12,607 bases of DNA from a virus (IMGVR_UViG_2695420412_000012), one strand, 5' to 3'. Shown: positions 1 to 7,597, numbered from the stretch's first letter. Notes: generated by a model from the letters alone, not told the origin. Program-made: numbers and translations.

Positions 1-135
1 GGCTGCCAGCCCTCTTTCAGTTTGTGTGTCAGCTTTTCCGCAAGGTCTGACGGCGACGCCGCCCTGACAACATCATAATGTTTAAATGTCATTATTCCTC
101 CCGGCCGGGATAGTGTATTAAATCAGATATGGAGT

Positions 136-180
136 GGGCTGTAGTCCGGAAGCCTGAATGACACACGGGGACTACAGCCC
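136..180. repeat. Perfect 12-bp inverted repeat (gggctgtagtcc / ggactacagccc, 136-147 and 169-180) around a 21-nt loop
   Basis: Read directly from the sequence; the arms are exact reverse complements. No ORF of 60 aa or more covers it. Confidence 0.5.
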
Positions 181-276
181 AAGAAATGAAAAAAGGCCAC
201 GCAGTTGCGCAGCCTGATAAACCCTGGTTAAAATCCACACGATAACAACACAACAATATCAGTATCTCATGCTATT

Positions 277-301
277 GCCCGAACCCATTCGGGCATTTTT
301 T
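277..301 (+). terminator. Rho-independent terminator (gcccgaa-ccca-ttcgggc followed by attttttacc)
   Basis: 7-bp GC-rich stem, 4-nt loop, then a T-run on the + strand. Confidence 0.55.
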
Positions 302-307
302 ACCCAT

Positions 308-338
308 AAAAAATGCCCCTCCGGAGAGGGGCATTTTT
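308..338. terminator. Bidirectional rho-independent terminator (A-run, atgcccctc-cgga-gaggggcat, T-run)
   Basis: Perfect 9-bp stem flanked by an A-run upstream and a T-run downstream, so it can terminate either strand. It would end the leftward (minus) late/accessory transcript. Confidence 0.65.
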
Positions 339-535
339 GCATGCACATTCTTTTTCTTGCATGGTGCCGGGTGCCTCCCGGTGAATTCAGTATCAGCACC
401 TGAATCCGCGATTATCACATATACCTACTTGCTGATTGCCCCTCCGCACAGGGGGATTCACCATGCAGTAGTATTTTTAATAAACAGCAAATAAAAAAAT
501 CAAGCATTATGCAGGCTGTTTCTTTTTATCACCGG

Positions 536-667
536 CTACAGCAATACCACAATGCCGCAGACCAGCACCCCATCCGCCAGCACCGACATGATTCTGCTGG
601 TGAAATCCACCATCACCACCAGAAACAGCAGGAGTGCAGCCACAGCCAGGCGCAGTTTTACCGTCAC
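536..667 (-). CDS. Small hydrophobic peptide, 43 codons from GTG (VTVKLRLAVAALLLFLVVMVDFTSRIMSVLADGVLVCGIVVLL)
   Basis: Hand-translated ORF. Its GTG overlaps the TerB-like stop in a GTGA arrangement; mostly hydrophobic residues consistent with one TM helix. Not in the ORF track because it is under 60 aa. Confidence 0.25.
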   Translation of the reverse strand: MTVKLRLAVAALLLFLVVMVDFTSRIMSVLADGVLVCGIVVLL

Positions 668-1059
668 AGGTGATTCTCCAGACGAAGACCCAGAACACCG
701 GCAATCTCTTCCAGCACCTTGCGCTCTTCCGGCTCAATTTCGCCGTCTGCCTCCGCAATGGCCACCGCCACATCCAGCACATCTTCCGCTTCACGCGTAT
801 CGTGTTTCACATCCTCGATCTCACGTAACGCCGCACGACGACCAGTTTTAAAGTTCGTATCCAGCTGACCGATAATGGTTGCGCTAATCGCATTAATTTC
901 TGACGTAAACGCGGACAGCGCAGGCTGATTACGCAGTACCTGTTCGATCTTCGCTTTCTAGGAAGCCTCACATTCACCATCTGCACAGGCCACCAGGTAG
1001 GCAGCATTAATAACCGCCTGTGCCAGATCGCGTTTCTCAAACTTTCCTTTTTCCGGTTA
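664..1059 (-). pseudogene. TerB-like (tellurite-resistance TerB fold) gene remnant interrupted by in-frame stops
   Basis: Minus-strand translation reads ...FEKRDLAQAVINAAYLVACADGECEAS*KAKIEQVLRNQPALSAFTSEINAISATIIGQLDTNFKTGRRAALREIEDVKHDTREAEDVLDVAVAIAEADGEIEPEERKVLEEIAGVLGLRLENHL*. The two ADGxxxxxE-type motifs resemble the TerB fold. There is a TAG at 958-960 and a TAA at 1057-1059 in frame, and no ATG in the frame. Confidence 0.4.
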
Positions 1060-1159
1060 ACGTGACACACCAATAACTCTTGTCGAAAAAGCCAGCAAGC
1101 TGAAAGACCGGTATTCACAACCACCAGCGCGTTTACTGTACTGGCGTGATTTCAGTCAT

Positions 1160-1183
1160 AAAAAAACCCGCCTGGCGACGGGT
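1160..1183 (-). terminator. tR'-like intrinsic terminator downstream of the late promoter
   Basis: On the minus strand, hairpin cccgtc-gcca-ggcggg followed by a T7 run (+ strand A-run at 1160-1166). Confidence 0.6.
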
Positions 1184-1218
1184 GTAAAAAATCTTCTAAC
1201 GTCAGGCATAAAACGCCC

Positions 1219-1258
1219 ATCGTTAGGGCAAATTTACCACAGATTCGGGAAAAATCAA
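1219..1258 (-). promoter_or_regulatory. Lambda-type late promoter pR' with pause/qut-like element
   Basis: Minus strand has TTGATT (-35, + coordinates 1253-1258), a 16-nt spacer, TAAATT (-10, 1231-1236), then ttgccctAACGATggg. This resembles the lambda pR' region as I recall it (ggtaaatttgactcaacgatggg). It lies directly 3' of Q. Confidence 0.6.
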
Positions 1259-1263
1259 CAAAG

Positions 1264-2085
1264 CTATCTGGTCACCTTTTTCAGTTGTTGTTCTGCCCAT
1301 GCTTCTTCAATATCAAACTGCACCACCAGCGTATCGTAAAAACGTTTAACTGTTTTTTTCCATGTATCAAGAGATATGGCATCGGTTACATTACATATGG
1401 CATTAAATGCCTCCGTTGAAGGTAATCTTTCATAGCCACGACCACCACAACGCTGGCAGTCTCTGATAACAGGCATACCACGTTTTACCGACTCTTCACG
1501 ATGAATGGCAACACCGCGCCCACGACAATCTTTACAGGCGGTGGAAACCTCCCCCTTCCCTCCACACTCCGGACAGGCAACTTTTACCACCTCCCTGACT
1601 TTTTTCCATTCCTCCCAGTAAGACGGATACACGCCTTTTGTGCACTTTGCCCACACTGGCGGCTTACCATCCGGATACTGGATCTTGTTTGTAAAAACCT
1701 CGCTTTCAATAAATTTTTTTCCGTGACAACAGGGGCACTGTTTTTTGCTCGCCGCGCTACGGGCATAATCTTCAAACGCATACGAAGCCATAATACGCAT
1801 CACTGCCGGTTTTATTTCTGCCGGGAGTTTTCTTAACGCCGCCACGCGATCACACCGACTGAGTGCATATTCTGTCAGCAATTCTGTTGCCCGCTCTCTG
1901 TCATTCATACTAATGCCCATTTTCCCAAGGAACGCAGAAAACCCCATCTCAGCCCAATTCTGTGTCATGCCCTGCGCGGCCATCACATCAGTGATACTCA
2001 GCGTATCTTTCGACGTTGAGGCCGATGCATCAGTCAGGCCGAGGGATTTTGGGGAGTAGTATTTCGGTAAATCTTCCAGTTTCAT
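1264..2085 (-). CDS. Q: Late-gene antiterminator Q (lambda Q family, 273 aa, with multiple CxxC zinc-binding pairs)
   Basis: ATG at 2083-2085. N-terminus ...YSPKS...TDVMAAQGM... and C-terminus ...LPSTEAFNAI...VKRFYDTLVVQ parallel lambda Q. Cys pairs CPCCHG, CPECGG, CKDCRG, CQRCGG. Followed by the pR'-like promoter. Confidence 0.9.
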   Translation of the reverse strand: MKLEDLPKYYSPKSLGLTDASASTSKDTLSITDVMAAQGMTQNWAEMGFSAFLGKMGISMNDRERATELLTEYALSRCDRVAALRKLPAEIKPAVMRIMASYAFEDYARSAASKKQCPCCHGKKFIESEVFTNKIQYPDGKPPVWAKCTKGVYPSYWEEWKKVREVVKVACPECGGKGEVSTACKDCRGRGVAIHREESVKRGMPVIRDCQRCGGRGYERLPSTEAFNAICNVTDAISLDTWKKTVKRFYDTLVVQFDIEEAWAEQQLKKVTR

Positions 2086-2456
2086 TTTTTGACCTGCCCT
2101 TCAAGCATTATGGGGTAAATCTTCCCCCCCAGACGTCCACCAGATACTGGCTGACCACGAACGATATTGATTTCATCAAACTGCTCATCGTCCATTAACA
2201 CTCCCGCATGCGTCAGCGCATCCAGCGGTGCTTTCAGGATATTGTCCAGGTCGCGACGACGCTTATCCGGTGGCTCCACAATAATCCTGATCGCCAGCCT
2301 TCCGGACAGATTTAATTTCAGTCGCTGCTGGCGAACAATAAGCGCCACATCACGGCGATAACGCTCACCGGCTTTTGATACAAAATATGTGCTGCCACGA
2401 CGTCGCCAGTAGGTGTTCACCGTCGGCGGGTAAGGCAAAACAAACTCTATACGCAT
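2082..2456 (-). CDS. rusA: RusA Holliday-junction resolvase (124 aa)
   Basis: ATG at 2454-2456. Motif [15 protein letters not shown] ... [30 protein letters not shown] is typical of the RusA family. Its stop overlaps the Q start (ATGA). Confidence 0.9.
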   Translation of the reverse strand: MRIEFVLPYPPTVNTYWRRRGSTYFVSKAGERYRRDVALIVRQQRLKLNLSGRLAIRIIVEPPDKRRRDLDNILKAPLDALTHAGVLMDDEQFDEINIVRGQPVSGGRLGGKIYPIMLEGQVKK

Positions 2457-2468
2457 CAGTAACCCCTT

Positions 2469-3500
2469 TTACCCAAGCACGCCGGTTGCAAAGGCGTGAT
2501 CAAGAAAACGAAAAATTAAATCAACCTGAGAACCATGCTTTTCTTCGAACGCCAGCGGATCCGCATGAAGCTCGTTGTGATGCTCCCGACACAGCGGTAG
2601 CGTGAAAATATCGTGGGATTTTGTTCCCATTCCGCCCTGACCATGACCAATCAGGTGATGGGGATCGTCGGCTGGCTTACTACAACACGCACACGGCTGT
2701 GTCTTCACCCAGCGTGTGTATTTCTCGTTAACCCAGCGGCGACGTTTAGGTCGTTTCATGAAAGATTCCGGAGACTCAGGATCAACGGCAATGCTGACCA
2801 CCGTCTTTTCCTGTGGTGGGTTCTGTTGCTGGTGGGCGTGAGGCAGCGGCGCAAGATTTTTTGTGCGCTGTTTCAGTATGCTGGTGGCGGTCTGCTCTCC
2901 CGGTACGATGTCGCTTTCACGGTACATTGAGCGGATTTTTTCTGCACGCAACCCCAGCGAACGACGTAATACCGCTTCCGGTAGCGCGTCCGCCACCTGA
3001 TTGCGGACCGCCCACCAGGATAATTCAGCCAAAGATAATTCACGCTCCTGCGTACCGCTTATTGCGTGACCAGGCGGCTTACCATCCGGATACTGGATCT
3101 TGTTTGTAAAAACCTCGCTTTCAATAAATTTTTTTCCGTGACAACAGGGGCACTGTTTTTTGCTCGCCGCGCTACGGGCATAATCTTCAAACGCATACGA
3201 AGCCATAATACGCATCACTGCCGGTTTTATTTCTGCCGGGAGTTTTCTTAACGCCGCCACGCGATCACACCGACTGAGTGCATATTCTGTCAGCAATTCT
3301 GTTGCCCGCTCTCTGTCATTCATACTAATGCCCATTTTCCCAAGGAACGCAGAAAACCCCATCTCAGCCCAATTCTGTGTCATGCCCTGCGCGGCCATCA
3401 CATCAGTGATACTCAGCGTATCTTTCGACGTTGAGGCCGATGCATCAGTCAGGCCGAGGGATTTTGGGGAGTAGTATTTCGGTAAATCTTCCAGTTTCAT
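2469..3500 (-). CDS. Chimeric in-frame ORF: Q N-terminal 143 codons fused to the C-terminal ~200 codons of the YdfU-like protein
   Basis: 3072-3500 matches the 5' part of Q at 1657-2085; 2469-3071 matches the 3' part of the 349-aa gene at 6204-6806. The breakpoint is at 3071/3072 (gtgacc|aggcggcttacc). The 343-aa ORF reads through it. Confidence 0.7.
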   Translation of the reverse strand: MKLEDLPKYYSPKSLGLTDASASTSKDTLSITDVMAAQGMTQNWAEMGFSAFLGKMGISMNDRERATELLTEYALSRCDRVAALRKLPAEIKPAVMRIMASYAFEDYARSAASKKQCPCCHGKKFIESEVFTNKIQYPDGKPPGHAISGTQERELSLAELSWWAVRNQVADALPEAVLRRSLGLRAEKIRSMYRESDIVPGEQTATSILKQRTKNLAPLPHAHQQQNPPQEKTVVSIAVDPESPESFMKRPKRRRWVNEKYTRWVKTQPCACCSKPADDPHHLIGHGQGGMGTKSHDIFTLPLCREHHNELHADPLAFEEKHGSQVDLIFRFLDHAFATGVLG

Positions 3501-3871
3501 TTTTTGACCTGCCCTTCAAGCATTATGGGGTAAATCTTCCCCCCCAGACGTCCACCAGATACTGGCTGACCACGAACGATATTGATTTCATCAAACTGCT
3601 CATCGTCCATTAACACTCCCGCATGCGTCAGCGCATCCAGCGGTGCTTTCAGGATATTGTCCAGGTCGCGACGACGCTTATCCGGTGGCTCTGCAATCAC
3701 CTTTATCGCCAGCCTTCCGGACAGGATTAATTTCAGCCGCTGCTGGCGAACAATAAGCGCCACAGCCCGGCGATAACGCTTTCCCTCCTCCGAGATAAAA
3801 TATGTGCTGCCACGACGTCGCCAGTAGGTGTTCACCGTTGGCGGGTAAGGTAAAACCAAATCTATGAGCAT
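3497..3871 (-). CDS. rusA: RusA resolvase, divergent copy (124 aa, MLIDLVLPYPP...)
   Basis: ATG at 3869-3871. Same family motifs as the other two copies but with several substitutions (N-terminus, IKVIAEPP, KRYRRAVALIV). Confidence 0.9.
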   Translation of the reverse strand: MLIDLVLPYPPTVNTYWRRRGSTYFISEEGKRYRRAVALIVRQQRLKLILSGRLAIKVIAEPPDKRRRDLDNILKAPLDALTHAGVLMDDEQFDEINIVRGQPVSGGRLGGKIYPIMLEGQVKK

Positions 3872-3883
3872 CAGTCACCTCTT

Positions 3884-4933
3884 TTACCCAAGCACGCCAG
3901 TTGCAAAGGCGTGATCAAGAAAACGAAAAATTAAATCAACCTGAGAGCCATGCTTTTCTTCGAACGCCAGCGGATCCGCATGAAGCTCGTTGTGATGCTC
4001 CCGACACAGCGGTAGCGTGAAAATATCGTGAGATTTTGTCCCCATTCCGCCCTGACCATGACCAATCAGGTGATGGGGATCGTCGGCTGGCTTACCACAA
4101 CACGCACACGGCTGAGTCTTCACCCAGCGTGTGTATTTCTCGTTAACCCAGCGGCGACGTTTAGGTCGTTTCATGAAAGATTCCGGAGACTCAGGATCAA
4201 CGGCAATGCTGACCACCGTCTTTTCCTGTGGTGGGTTCTGTTGCTGGTGGGCGTGAGGCAACGGTGCAAGATTTTTTGTGCGCTGTTTCAATATGCTGGT
4301 GGCGGTCTGCTCTCCCGGTACGATGTCGCTTTCGCGGTACACCGAGCAGATTTTTTCCGCTGGTAATCCCAGCGAGCGACGTAATACCGCTTCCGGTAGC
4401 GCGTCCGCCAGCTGATTGCGGACCGCCCACCAGGATAATTCAGCCAGAGATAATTCACGCTCCTGCGTACCGCTTATTGCGTGACCGATGACGTCAATCA
4501 TCCATGCTGACAGGTTTTGATGAGCAAGTTGCTCGAGTGATTCGGATGTCTGGTCACGCAGCTGGTTGTCGCAGTGCCAGCACAACACCATTGCGCCGGT
4601 ACCATATCGGTGAATAACGGTTTCGCTGTGATGATAATCGCCGTGTGGCCACTGGCAGGATTTAATATGGCGCAACAGCCAGTCAGACAATGCACCAGCA
4701 CCACCAGCAGCACGAATTACCCGTGCGTTACTGAAAAACGGCAGCAATGTTTTGTCTTCCACCAGCGGCTGGCGAACGGCAGGAACGACCCCGGACGGCA
4801 GATTACGCATGCTTTTCGGTTCCGGCTCCACCAGTAACCGGGTATTGTGGAATACCGGCATGGATTCACGGCCCGGCTTAACGATCACCAGCCCGAGTTC
4901 CGGTACCAGAACAGGTCGAAGTAATACCCGCAC
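3884..4933 (-). CDS. YdfU-like 349-aa protein with two Cys/His clusters (DUF968-type, putative HNH-like nuclease), divergent copy
   Basis: GTG at 4931-4933 with GGAGG 4 nt upstream. Cys/His clusters CQWPHGDYHH...CWHCDN and CACC...HHLIGHGQGG...CREHHNELH. Length and position (between a small gene and rusA/Q) match Qin prophage YdfU as I recall it. Confidence 0.8.
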   Translation of the reverse strand: MRVLLRPVLVPELGLVIVKPGRESMPVFHNTRLLVEPEPKSMRNLPSGVVPAVRQPLVEDKTLLPFFSNARVIRAAGGAGALSDWLLRHIKSCQWPHGDYHHSETVIHRYGTGAMVLCWHCDNQLRDQTSESLEQLAHQNLSAWMIDVIGHAISGTQERELSLAELSWWAVRNQLADALPEAVLRRSLGLPAEKICSVYRESDIVPGEQTATSILKQRTKNLAPLPHAHQQQNPPQEKTVVSIAVDPESPESFMKRPKRRRWVNEKYTRWVKTQPCACCGKPADDPHHLIGHGQGGMGTKSHDIFTLPLCREHHNELHADPLAFEEKHGSQVDLIFRFLDHAFATGVLG

Positions 4934-4934
4934 G

Positions 4935-5213
4935 TTACCTCCAGATGCGTTGCTGGAATGTGCGGGACGGACGCGGTGGGCGTTCGGAGTAAGGAAGCCT
5001 GACGGAGATTATCCAGTGACGGTAGTCGAGGCTAAGGGCTTTTTTAACCTCGTATCCGCGCCTGCGGTAACACTGAATTATCCATTCAGCCTGCTCTTCA
5101 GTGCATGGTGGATGCTGGAACCAGTCCGATTTGAATGCATGAAAACGCCGTCCGCACCTGCTGGCAAAGACGGCAGAATCATCAGAATTGTGTAATTTGG
5201 TATCGTGCGCCAT
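4935..5213 (-). CDS. Small protein (92 aa, MAHDTKLHNSDD...) in the position of Qin rem
   Basis: ATG at 5211-5213. Its stop abuts the GTG of the 349-aa gene. Second copy at 7255-7527. The longer 129-aa track ORF is an upstream extension without support. Confidence 0.55.
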   Translation of the reverse strand: MAHDTKLHNSDDSAVFASRCGRRFHAFKSDWFQHPPCTEEQAEWIIQCYRRRGYEVKKALSLDYRHWIISVRLPYSERPPRPSRTFQQRIWR

Positions 5214-5399
5214 CGGTTGTCTCTTCTGGCGCAGCAGGTGCCAGTTGTTCAGGCTGGCGTATAAAGTATAAATAAACTGGTTCCAGTGTAAAGCCCCTAC
5301 ATTAATGGAATAAAAGTCAAACAACAGATTGCTGGGATAAACACAACGCTTATTATTAAAAGCGATTAGATAAATTAAATTTTAATGTTATGCAATTTT

Positions 5400-5570
5400 A
5401 GGTAATGACTCCAACTTATTGATAGTGTTTTATGTTCAGATAATGCCCGATGACTTTGTCATGCAGCTCCACCGATTTTGAGAACGACAGCGACTTCCGT
5501 CCCAGCCGTGCCAGGTGCTGCCTCAGATTCAGGTTATGCCGCTCAATTCGCTGCGTATATCGCTTGCTGA
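5400..5570 (-). mobile_element. insB: IS1 remnant: right terminal inverted repeat plus the 3' end of insB, 171 bp
   Basis: ggtaatgactccaacttattgatagtg... is the IS1 terminal IR. The encoded tail ...[47 protein letters not shown] is the InsB C-terminus. IS1 identity stops at 5570, where Q sequence begins. Confidence 0.9.
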
Positions 5571-5820
5571 ACGCCGCCACACGATCGCACCGACTGAGTG
5601 CATAATCTGCCAGTAATTCTGTTGCCCGCGCCCTGTCATTCATACTGATGCCCATTTTCCCCAGGAACGCAGAAAACCCCATCTCAGCCCGATTCTGTGT
5701 CATGCCCTGCGCGGCCATCACATCAGTGATACTCAGCGCATCTTTTGACGTTGAGGCCGATGCATCGGTCAGGCAAGGGGATTTTGGGGAGTAGTATTTC
5801 GGTAAATCTTCCAGTTTCAT
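5416..5820 (-). pseudogene. Truncated Q (first ~83 codons, divergent allele) fused in frame to the insB 3' end
   Basis: 134-aa ORF: [30 protein letters not shown]...SRCDRVAA then IS1-derived [14 protein letters not shown].... Junction at 5570/5571. Confidence 0.85.
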
Positions 5821-6191
5821 TTTTTGACCTGCTCTTCATGCATTATGGGGTAAATCTTCACCCCCAGACGTCCACCAGATACTGGCTGACCACGAACGAT
5901 ATTGATTTCATCAAACTGCTCATCGTCCATTAACACTCCCGCATGCGTCAGCGCATCCAGCGGTGCTTTCAGGATATTGTCCAGGTCGCGACGACGCTTA
6001 TCCGGTGGCTCCACAATAATCCTGATCGCCAGCCTTCCGGACAGATTTAATTTCAGTCGCTGCTGGCGAACAATAAGCGCCACATCACGGCGATAACGCT
6101 CACCGGCTTTTGATACAAAATATGTGCTGCCACGACGTCGCCAGTAGGTGTTCACCGTCGGCGGGTAAGGCAAAACAAACTCTATACGCAT
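5817..6191 (-). CDS. rusA: RusA resolvase (124 aa)
   Basis: Almost identical to 2082-2456 except at the 3' end ([15 protein letters not shown]), where the overlapping Q allele differs. Confidence 0.9.
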
Positions 6192-6203
6192 CAGTAACCC
6201 CTT

Positions 6204-7253
6204 TTACCCAAGCACGCCGGTTGCAAAGGCGTGATCAAGAAAACGAAAAATTAAATCAACCTGAGAACCATGCTTTTCTTCGAACGCCAGCGGATCCGCA
6301 TGAAGCTCGTTGTGATGCTCCCGACACAGCGGTAGCGTGAAAATATCGTGGGATTTTGTTCCCATTCCGCCCTGACCATGACCAATCAGGTGATGGGGAT
6401 CGTCGGCTGGCTTACTACAACACGCACACGGCTGTGTCTTCACCCAGCGTGTGTATTTCTCGTTAACCCAGCGGCGACGTTTAGGTCGTTTCATGAAAGA
6501 TTCCGGAGACTCAGGATCAACGGCAATGCTGACCACCGTCTTTTCCTGTGGTGGGTTCTGTTGCTGGTGGGCGTGAGGCAGCGGCGCAAGATTTTTTGTG
6601 CGCTGTTTCAGTATGCTGGTGGCGGTCTGCTCTCCCGGTACGATGTCGCTTTCACGGTACATTGAGCGGATTTTTTCTGCACGCAACCCCAGCGAACGAC
6701 GTAATACCGCTTCCGGTAGCGCGTCCGCCACCTGATTGCGGACCGCCCACCAGGATAATTCAGCCAAAGATAATTCACGCTCCTGCGTACCGCTTATTGC
6801 GTGACCGATGACGTCAATCATCCATGCTGACAAGTTTTGGTGAGCAAGTTGCTCAAGTGATTCTGAGGTCTGGTCACGCAACTGGTTGTCGCAGTGCCAG
6901 CACAACACCATTGCGCCGGTACCATAACGGTGAATGACGGTTTCACTGTGGTGATAATCACCGTGTGGCCACTGGCAGGATTTAATATGGCGCAACAGCC
7001 AGTCAGACAGTGCACCAGCGCCGCCAGCAGCACGAATCACACGCTCATTGCTGAAAAATGGCAGTAATGATTTATCCTCCGCCAGCGGCTGGCGAACGGC
7101 AGGGACGACTCCGGATGGCAGGCCGCACATGCTTTTCGGTTCCGGCTCCACCAGCACTCGAGGATTATGAAATATCTGTATGGATTCACGGCCCGGCTTA
7201 AGGACCACCAGCCCAAGCTCAGGCACCAGAACAGGTCTAAGTAATACCCGCAC
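6204..7253 (-). CDS. YdfU-like 349-aa Cys/His-rich protein (DUF968-type, putative HNH-like nuclease)
   Basis: Full-length copy. Its 3' 600 bp is identical to 2469-3071. Confidence 0.8.
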   Translation of the reverse strand: MRVLLRPVLVPELGLVVLKPGRESIQIFHNPRVLVEPEPKSMCGLPSGVVPAVRQPLAEDKSLLPFFSNERVIRAAGGAGALSDWLLRHIKSCQWPHGDYHHSETVIHRYGTGAMVLCWHCDNQLRDQTSESLEQLAHQNLSAWMIDVIGHAISGTQERELSLAELSWWAVRNQVADALPEAVLRRSLGLRAEKIRSMYRESDIVPGEQTATSILKQRTKNLAPLPHAHQQQNPPQEKTVVSIAVDPESPESFMKRPKRRRWVNEKYTRWVKTQPCACCSKPADDPHHLIGHGQGGMGTKSHDIFTLPLCREHHNELHADPLAFEEKHGSQVDLIFRFLDHAFATGVLG

Positions 7254-7254
7254 G

Positions 7255-7527
7255 TTACCTCCAGATCCGTTGCTGGAAAGTGCGGGACGGACGTGGTGGG
7301 CGTTCGGAATAAGGCAGCCTGACAGAGATTATCCAGTGCCGATAGTCGAGACTGAGAGCTTTCTTAACCTCGAACCCGCGCCTGCGGTAAGAATGAATCA
7401 GCCATTCGGCCTGTTCTTCAGTACATGGTGGGTGTTGGTACCAGTCGGTTTTAAATGCGTGTGAACGCCGCTCATGCCGGATGGCAAGGTCGGTATCAGA
7501 ATTGTGAAATTTGGTTTTGTGCGCCAT
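7255..7527 (-). CDS. Small protein (90 aa, MAHKTKFHNSDTD...), rem-position gene
   Basis: ATG at 7525-7527. Paralog of 4935-5213. Confidence 0.55.
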   Translation of the reverse strand: MAHKTKFHNSDTDLAIRHERRSHAFKTDWYQHPPCTEEQAEWLIHSYRRRGFEVKKALSLDYRHWIISVRLPYSERPPRPSRTFQQRIWR

Positions 7528-7597
7528 CTGTTTTCTCTGCTGGCGCAGCAGGTGTCAGGTGTTCAGGCTGACGTGCGAATTGTAAACCAGAATGCCA

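Noticed and set aside
1-500. Possible tRNA genes downstream of Q, as in Stx phages
   Set aside because: No T-loop (GTTCGAAT-like) or cloverleaf-compatible sequence was seen by eye. A tRNAscan run would be needed to be certain.
552-1124. Track ORFs 552-851 (+), 634-828 (+), 507-794 (-) and 807-1124 (-)
   Set aside because: Arg/Pro-rich, non-protein-like translations. The only protein-like frame here is the interrupted TerB-like minus-strand frame.
1501-1836. + strand ORFs antisense to Q, rusA and the YdfU-like genes (e.g. 1501-1836, 2613-2930, 2813-3109, 4028-4366, 4228-4491, 4752-5195, 6348-6665, 7180-7464)
   Set aside because: Shadow ORFs on the opposite strand of genes with clear family motifs. 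Their translations are low-complexity and they recur only because the underlying DNA is repeated.
4935-5324. 129-aa version of the rem-position gene starting at 5324
   Set aside because: The upstream extension is not conserved in the second copy (7255-7527) and runs into the copy-specific AT-rich segment. The shared ATG at 5211-5213 is the likelier start.
1264-7527. Large repeated blocks that could be mistaken for a CRISPR array or simple tandem repeats
   Set aside because: The repeat units are kb-scale protein-coding modules (Q, rusA, ydfU-like) with allelic divergence, not short direct repeats separated by unique spacers.
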